Source of the DNA: Caldilineae bacterium
GTDB taxonomy: Bacteria; Chloroflexota; Anaerolineae; DTLA01
Direction: 5' to 3'
NCBI GenBank assembly: GCA_037446815.1
Contig: JBBIHX010000011.1
Location: 1 to 39,826, forward strand
DNA length: 39,826 nucleotides
Below are positions 34,767-39,826 of the stretch, one piece after another; position 1 is the first letter of the stretch; each line of letters begins with the position of its first letter. The notes under the pieces are model-generated. The model was given only the letters and a program-made list of their open reading frames with translations. It had not been told where the DNA came from and searched no databases. Both the position numbers and the translations under genes were made by a program.

Positions 34767-35591
34767 CTACTGCGTATCGCCCCAGACGGGCTTCTCAATG
34801 TCCACAAACTTGCCCACGATGATGTCGCCGCCCAGTTCAATGTCCACATCGCGCGGGTCGGCGCCGTGGACAATGCGGCTGCGCTCGCGGTAGTAGCGCA
34901 GATGCTCCAGCCCTTCGCGCAGTTTATTCATCCGCCCGTACAGCGTCGGGCACGGCGAGATGACCTCCACAAAACTGAACCCCCGCTTCTTGAGCGCCTC
35001 GCCGATGGCCTTCTCCAACCGCCGCACGTGCAGCACCGTCCACCGCGCCACATACACGGCCCCACTCCCCGCCGCCAGGTAGGGCAGGTTGAAGGGATGT
35101 TCCTGATTCCCCCGCGGCGACGTGGACGTGCGGGCGTGCAGGGGGGTCGTGGGGGCCAACTGCCCGCCGGTCATCCCGTAGTTGAAGTTGTTGACGCAGA
35201 TGACCGTCATATCCACGTTGCGCCGCGCGGCATGGATGAGATGATTGCCGCCGATGCCGGCCAAATCCCCGTCCCCGCTGAACACCACGACCTTCAACTC
35301 TGGATTGCCCAGTTTCAGCCCCGTCGCAAACGGGATCGCCCGCCCGTGCGTGGTGTGGAACGAGTCCAGCCGCACGTAGCCGGCCACCCGCCCGGTGCAC
35401 CCGATGCCCGACACCACAACCACCTTGTCCAGGTCCAGCCCCGACTTTACCAGCGCGCTGACGAAGCAAGTGAGGGCCGTCCCCAACCCGCACCCCGGGC
35501 ACCAGATGTGCGGCAAACGGTCCTGCCGAAGCACCGCGTCCATCGGGTGCGATTCCGCCATCTCCAATTCCTGCGGCACCGTCTCAATCAT
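34767..35591 (-). CDS. korB: 2-oxoacid:ferredoxin oxidoreductase beta subunit (TPP-binding)
   Basis: WCPGCG, SGIGC, HGRA, GDGD...NNFNYGMTGGQ, SPCPT. Confidence 0.92.
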   Translation of the reverse strand: MIETVPQELEMAESHPMDAVLRQDRLPHIWCPGCGLGTALTCFVSALVKSGLDLDKVVVVSGIGCTGRVAGYVRLDSFHTTHGRAIPFATGLKLGNPELKVVVFSGDGDLAGIGGNHLIHAARRNVDMTVICVNNFNYGMTGGQLAPTTPLHARTSTSPRGNQEHPFNLPYLAAGSGAVYVARWTVLHVRRLEKAIGEALKKRGFSFVEVISPCPTLYGRMNKLREGLEHLRYYRERSRIVHGADPRDVDIELGGDIIVGKFVDIEKPVWGDTQ

Positions 35592-35604
35592 CTACACCTC
35601 CCCG

Positions 35605-36783
35605 CTACCGGCCCGCGGCCTGGCGTATGAGCGACAGGATGTCGTGGGGGTCGTGCAATCCTCCGCCCGCATGCCCCGCCAGGTAGACGCTAGCCTTTCC
35701 CGCCGCGCACCGCTCTACCTCATACACCATCTGCCCCAGGTTGATCTCCACTACCACGAACGCCCGCACCCGATCTGCGAGGGCGCGGATGTGTTCCTCG
35801 GGGAAGGGCCACAGCGTGATGAGGCGCAGCATCCCCACCTTGATGCCTTCCTGCCGCGCCTGCTCTATGGGCCAGTGCGACGTGCGCGCCGAGATGCCGT
35901 AGGTAACGACCACCACCTCGGCGTCCTCCACCCCTTGCGCCTCCACGTCAATCATCCGATGGCGATTGCGGCGAATCTTCTCCACCAGCCGCCTGACCAT
36001 GCGCTGCTGCGTGGCCTCATCCACCATCGGATAGCCGCGCTCGTCATGCGTCAAGCCCGTGATGTGAATCCGATACCCTTCGCCGGCGTTCACCATCGCG
36101 GGCACCAGATCATCCCCGACCTCAAAGGGCTTGTATGCCTCCGGCCCGACCGAGGGCTTGCGGCGCGGGTAGATGGGAATCTGCTCCGCCGGCGGGATGA
36201 CGACCTTCTCCGTCATGTGCCCCACTTCGGCGTCGGTCATCACCAGCACCGGCGTGCGGAACTCCTCGGCCAGGTTGAAGGCTCGGATGGTGAGGTCAAA
36301 CAACTCCTGCGGCGAACTGGGGCACAGCGCGATGATCTCATAGCACCCGTGGGAGCCCCATCGCGCCTGCATGACATCACCCTGACCCACCAACGTGGGC
36401 AGGCCCGTGGACGGCCCACCGCGCTGCACGTTCACGAGCACGCACGGCGTCTCCGCCATGATGCCCAGGCCCAGGTTCTCCATCATCAGGCTGAAGCCCG
36501 GGCCGGAGGTGGCCGTCATGGCCCGCTGCCCTGCCCAGGATGCGCCCAGCACCGCGTTCATAGAGGCCAGTTCGTCCTCCATCTGGATGTAGACGCCGCC
36601 GACCTCGGGCATGCGGGCCGCCATCCGCTCCGCGATCTCCGTCGCCGGCGTGATGGGGTATCCGGCGAAGAAACGGCACCCCGCCGCGATGGCTGCCTCG
36701 GCGCAGGCGTCGTCGCCACTCATGAAGTATTCGCCGCACAACAACCGAGGCTCGGTCTTGGACTCGCTCCTGGACTCGCTCAT
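35605..36783 (-). CDS. korA: 2-oxoacid:ferredoxin oxidoreductase alpha subunit
   Basis: GYPITP, QMEDE, TATSGPG, QRGGPSTGLPT; ATG at 36783 overlaps the korD stop. Confidence 0.92.
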   Translation of the reverse strand: MSESRSESKTEPRLLCGEYFMSGDDACAEAAIAAGCRFFAGYPITPATEIAERMAARMPEVGGVYIQMEDELASMNAVLGASWAGQRAMTATSGPGFSLMMENLGLGIMAETPCVLVNVQRGGPSTGLPTLVGQGDVMQARWGSHGCYEIIALCPSSPQELFDLTIRAFNLAEEFRTPVLVMTDAEVGHMTEKVVIPPAEQIPIYPRRKPSVGPEAYKPFEVGDDLVPAMVNAGEGYRIHITGLTHDERGYPMVDEATQQRMVRRLVEKIRRNRHRMIDVEAQGVEDAEVVVVTYGISARTSHWPIEQARQEGIKVGMLRLITLWPFPEEHIRALADRVRAFVVVEINLGQMVYEVERCAAGKASVYLAGHAGGGLHDPHDILSLIRQAAGR

Positions 36784-37049
36784 GGGGCCACCTCCGCCAC
36801 TTCGCTCACGTGGATGGCGAATTCGGGGCACAGCATCTCGCAGAGGCCGCAGGCCACGCATTGTTCGGGGCGAAGGGCATAGGGGGGATGGTAGCCCTTC
36901 TGATTGAAGGTGTCCGAAATCGCAAGCACGTCTCGCGGGCAGAACTCCACGCAGAACCCGCACCCCTTGCACCGCTCCACGAGAACGGAGATTCGGCCGC
37001 GTGGCACCACCACCTTATCGGCATCCAGAGGACGACGCCAGAACTTCAC
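36780..37049 (-). CDS. korD: 2[4Fe-4S] ferredoxin (delta subunit)
   Basis: CKGCGFCVEFCP and CVACGLCEMLCPEFAI; RBS AGGAGG before GTG 37049. Confidence 0.9.
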   Translation of the reverse strand: MKFWRRPLDADKVVVPRGRISVLVERCKGCGFCVEFCPRDVLAISDTFNQKGYHPPYALRPEQCVACGLCEMLCPEFAIHVSEVAEVAP

Positions 37050-37192
37050 GCTGCCCCTCCTATCGTCTTTCGTGAAAACGTAGGCGCTCCATTGCAAGCC
37101 CCGAGCGAATGGAGCGCCCTAGGTACCAGCCAGCGTTCCACACCCCGCCCAAGCGCCATCGCTCATGCGCGTGCGGCTTCCATGCAAGAATC

Positions 37193-37220
37193 AGTATACC
37201 GACAGCCGTCGGAATGTCAA
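37193..37220 (-). promoter_or_regulatory. Sigma70 promoter for the kor-hdr operon with a palindrome in its spacer
   Basis: Minus strand TTGACA-16 bp-TATACT; spacer holds CCGAC-n4-GTCGG. Confidence 0.7.
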
Positions 37221-37225
37221 GGCGG

Positions 37226-38092
37226 TTACGCCGTCTCCGCCACCAAGTCCGCCACCTCCACGGGATGACGCGCAATGCGCACCCCGGCCTCCCGCAGCGC
37301 GGCGATCTTCTCGGCCGCCGTGCCCGTGCCTCCGGAGATAATCGCCCCCGCGTGGCCCATCCGCTTCCCAGGCGGCGCCGTCTGCCCGGCGATGAACGCA
37401 GTTACCGGCTTGGTCATGTGGGTGGCGATGTACTCGGCTGCCCGCTCCTCGTCCGTGCCGCCGATCTCGCCGATGAGCACCACCTGCTCCGTCAGCGGGT
37501 CGTCCTGGAACAGTTTCAGCGCATCAATGAACGTTGTCCCGATAATCGGGTCGCCGCCGATGCCAATGCACGTGGACTGCCCGATGCCCTTCTGGGTGAG
37601 CGCGTACACGACCTCGTAGGTCAGCGTCCCGCTGCGGGAGACCACGCCCACCTTCCCGGGCATGTGGATGTGCCCGGGCATGATGCCCACCTTCGCCTCG
37701 CCGGGCGTGATGACGCCGGGGCAGTTGGGGCCGATGAGCCGCGTGGAGGTATGCTTCAGGTACTCGCACACCTTCACCATGTCCAGCACCGGAATGCCCT
37801 CGGTGATGCACACCACCAGTTCAATCCCCGCGTCTGCCGCCTCCAGGATAGCATCGGGCGCGAAACGGGCCGGCACGTAGATGACCGACGTATTGGCGCC
37901 CGTCGCGTTGACCGCCTCCTTCACCGTGTCAAACACCGGCACGCCAGCGGCCCATTCGCCCCCCTTCCCCGGAGACGTCCCGCCCACAACCTTCGTGCCG
38001 TAGGCGATCATCTGAAGCGTATGGAACTCCCCTTCGCGGCCCGTGATCCCCTGCACCAGCAGGCGCGTCTGCTTGTTCACCAAAACGCTCAT
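37226..38092 (-). CDS. sucD: Succinyl-CoA synthetase alpha subunit
   Basis: [38 protein letters not shown] (phospho-His). Confidence 0.96.
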   Translation of the reverse strand: MSVLVNKQTRLLVQGITGREGEFHTLQMIAYGTKVVGGTSPGKGGEWAAGVPVFDTVKEAVNATGANTSVIYVPARFAPDAILEAADAGIELVVCITEGIPVLDMVKVCEYLKHTSTRLIGPNCPGVITPGEAKVGIMPGHIHMPGKVGVVSRSGTLTYEVVYALTQKGIGQSTCIGIGGDPIIGTTFIDALKLFQDDPLTEQVVLIGEIGGTDEERAAEYIATHMTKPVTAFIAGQTAPPGKRMGHAGAIISGGTGTAAEKIAALREAGVRIARHPVEVADLVAETA

Positions 38093-38116
38093 CGCATTCC
38101 TCTCTTTATGTAAACG

Positions 38117-38536
38117 TCAGGATTCCGGCCCAATAGCGCGGCGAATCCGCTCGGCTGCGTGCTGCAAGTCGCGGTCGCCGGCTGTGTACTCGCGCCGCAG
38201 GGCGATGCAGCGATCCCCCGCCCACCGCGGCAGGACATGCATGTGAAAGTGAAAGACGGTCTGCCCCGCCGCCGGCCCGTTGCTCTGGAAGATGTTGACG
38301 CCATCGCACCCGAAGGCGGCCTTCACCGCCCGCGCCACCTTCACCGCCGTGCGCATGGCCGCTACTGCATCCTCCGCATCAATGTCAAACACATCGGTTG
38401 CGTGCCGCTTGGGCACCACCAGCGTGTGCCCCTCGTGAATCGGCGCGATGTCCATGAATGCCACCGTCGCCTCATCCTCGTACACGATGTGGGCCGGAGC
38501 CCGCTTCGCGATGATCTCGCAGAACACGCAGCCCAT
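38117..38536 (-). CDS. HIT (histidine triad, Hint-like) nucleotide hydrolase
   Basis: CVFC, GHTLVVPK, GQTVFHFHMHVLPR. Confidence 0.93.
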   Translation of the reverse strand: MGCVFCEIIAKRAPAHIVYEDEATVAFMDIAPIHEGHTLVVPKRHATDVFDIDAEDAVAAMRTAVKVARAVKAAFGCDGVNIFQSNGPAAGQTVFHFHMHVLPRWAGDRCIALRREYTAGDRDLQHAAERIRRAIGPES

Positions 38537-38550
38537 GCCGTCCCTCCTGG

Positions 38551-39690
38551 CTACGCCTCGCCGCGCGCCGCCCCCACGGCCAACTGCGCCGCCTCCACCA
38601 GCGACGTCGTGGCGCGCATGTTGGCGTTGGCCAGCAGCCGCCGCCCTTCCTCCTCGTTGGTACCGACCAGCCGCACCACCATCGGGACCTTCGGCTTGAC
38701 TTCCTCCAGCGCCGTCAGGATGCCCTTGGCCACCTCGTCGCAGCGCGTGATTCCGCCGAAGATGTTGAACAGCACCGACTTCACGTTCGGGTCCGAGAGA
38801 ATCATCCGCAGAGCCGCCGCCACCTTATCGGCCTTCGCCCCGCCGCCGATGTCCAGGAAGTTGGCCGGCGCGCCCCCGAACAGTTTGATGACGTCCATAG
38901 AGGCCATGGCCAGCCCCGCGCCATTGACCATGCACCCCACGTTCCCGTCCAATTTCACGTAACTCAGCCCGTACTTGCGCGCCTCGGTCTCGGCGGGCGC
39001 TTCCTCATCCAGGTCGCGCATCTCGGCCAGATCCGGATGGCGGAACAGCCCATTGTCATCCAGCACGATCTTGCCATCCACCGCCAGCAACTTGTGCTCA
39101 TCGGTAACCACCAGCGGGTTGATCTCCGCCAGCGAGGCGTCGGTGCTGACAAACGCCTGGTACAGCCCTTGGGCAATGGCAGCGAACGCGCCGACCAAGT
39201 CCTTGTCCAGGCCGATGCCAAAGGCAATCTCGCGGGCCTGGAACGGCTGAAGCCCCAAGAAAGGATTGATGCCCACCTTATAAATCTTCTCCGGCGACAC
39301 GCGCGCCACTTCCTCAATCTCCACGCCGCCCTCTGCCGAAGCCATCATGACGGCGCGCTTGCTGGCGCGGTCCACCACAACGCCGAGGTAAATCTCCTTC
39401 TGAATCCTCGCGGCCTCGTCCACCAGGACCTTCTTGACTTTCAGGCCCTTGATGTCCATGCCCAGAATCTGGCCGGCGATGCGCTCCGCCTCTGCGGGAT
39501 CGTGGGCCAGTTTGATGCCCCCCGCCTTGCCCCGCCCGCCGACGAGCACCTGCGACTTGATCACCACCGGCTTGCCCAGCCGGGCCGCAATGGCCCCCGC
39601 CTCCACGGGCGTCGTGGCCACATCCCCCTGCGGGATGGGGATGCCATGGCGCGCAAAGATGCGCTTGGATTGGAACTCATGCAGTTTCAC
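38551..39690 (-). CDS. sucC: Succinyl-CoA synthetase beta subunit
   Basis: [51 protein letters not shown] before GTG 39690. Confidence 0.96.
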   Translation of the reverse strand: MKLHEFQSKRIFARHGIPIPQGDVATTPVEAGAIAARLGKPVVIKSQVLVGGRGKAGGIKLAHDPAEAERIAGQILGMDIKGLKVKKVLVDEAARIQKEIYLGVVVDRASKRAVMMASAEGGVEIEEVARVSPEKIYKVGINPFLGLQPFQAREIAFGIGLDKDLVGAFAAIAQGLYQAFVSTDASLAEINPLVVTDEHKLLAVDGKIVLDDNGLFRHPDLAEMRDLDEEAPAETEARKYGLSYVKLDGNVGCMVNGAGLAMASMDVIKLFGGAPANFLDIGGGAKADKVAAALRMILSDPNVKSVLFNIFGGITRCDEVAKGILTALEEVKPKVPMVVRLVGTNEEEGRRLLANANMRATTSLVEAAQLAVGAARGEA

Positions 39691-39770
39691 AACAACCTCC
39701 TCTACCACGAATCAGGCTACAATCGGGGCCGGCCATGCCGCTGATCATGCCCAGGCGCGGCTTGCCGAAG

Positions 39771-39826
39771 TTACGGCCCCAACGGCGCGAAGACCATGAT
39801 CCGATGATTCCCAGAATCCGCCACGA
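39771..39826 (-). CDS. C-terminus of an NHL-repeat protein (partial)
   Basis: Minus frame reads VADSGNHRIMVFAPLGP*, matching the NHL repeat consensus VAD..N.RI..F. Confidence 0.65.
   Translation of the reverse strand, partial: VADSGNHRIMVFAPLGP

Overview
GC-rich (roughly two-thirds GC by eye) window from an anaerobic bacterium, probably Chloroflexota/Anaerolineae (inferred from the PT-rich lipoprotein linker, repeat types and gene content). It has two scaffold N-gaps (703-712, 2549-2648). From left to right: (1) a lower-GC, foreign-looking two-gene unit (winged-helix-like protein plus a GHKL/MORC-type ATPase that the ORF track missed, running off the left edge); (2) a cluster of REP/MITE-like repeats; (3) maoC divergent from accC-BCCP-fabK-fabD-fabG-fabF-fabH, with no fabZ, acpP or carboxyltransferase; (4) a NapH/YccM-like membrane polyferredoxin and a repeat-domain partner; (5) a locus under two divergent RpiR regulators encoding an Afu/Fbp-type ABC importer, three atypical HAD domains, a circularly permuted, active-site-altered GpmI-family enzyme and a PRK/uridine-kinase-family kinase, with a Gfo/Idh/MocA oxidoreductase on the other arm - the best candidate here for an undescribed phospho-compound utilisation system; (6) a long minus-strand energy cluster: sucC-HIT-sucD, korDABC, a degenerate HdrL-like flavoprotein, mvhD, hdrD, radical SAM, MenA-like prenyltransferase, a selenocysteine-containing HdrA-MvhD fusion with a bacterial SECIS, and two small genes. 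The host DNA appears to avoid TCGA and GTSAC strongly. All calls come from motif recognition by eye; no searches were run.
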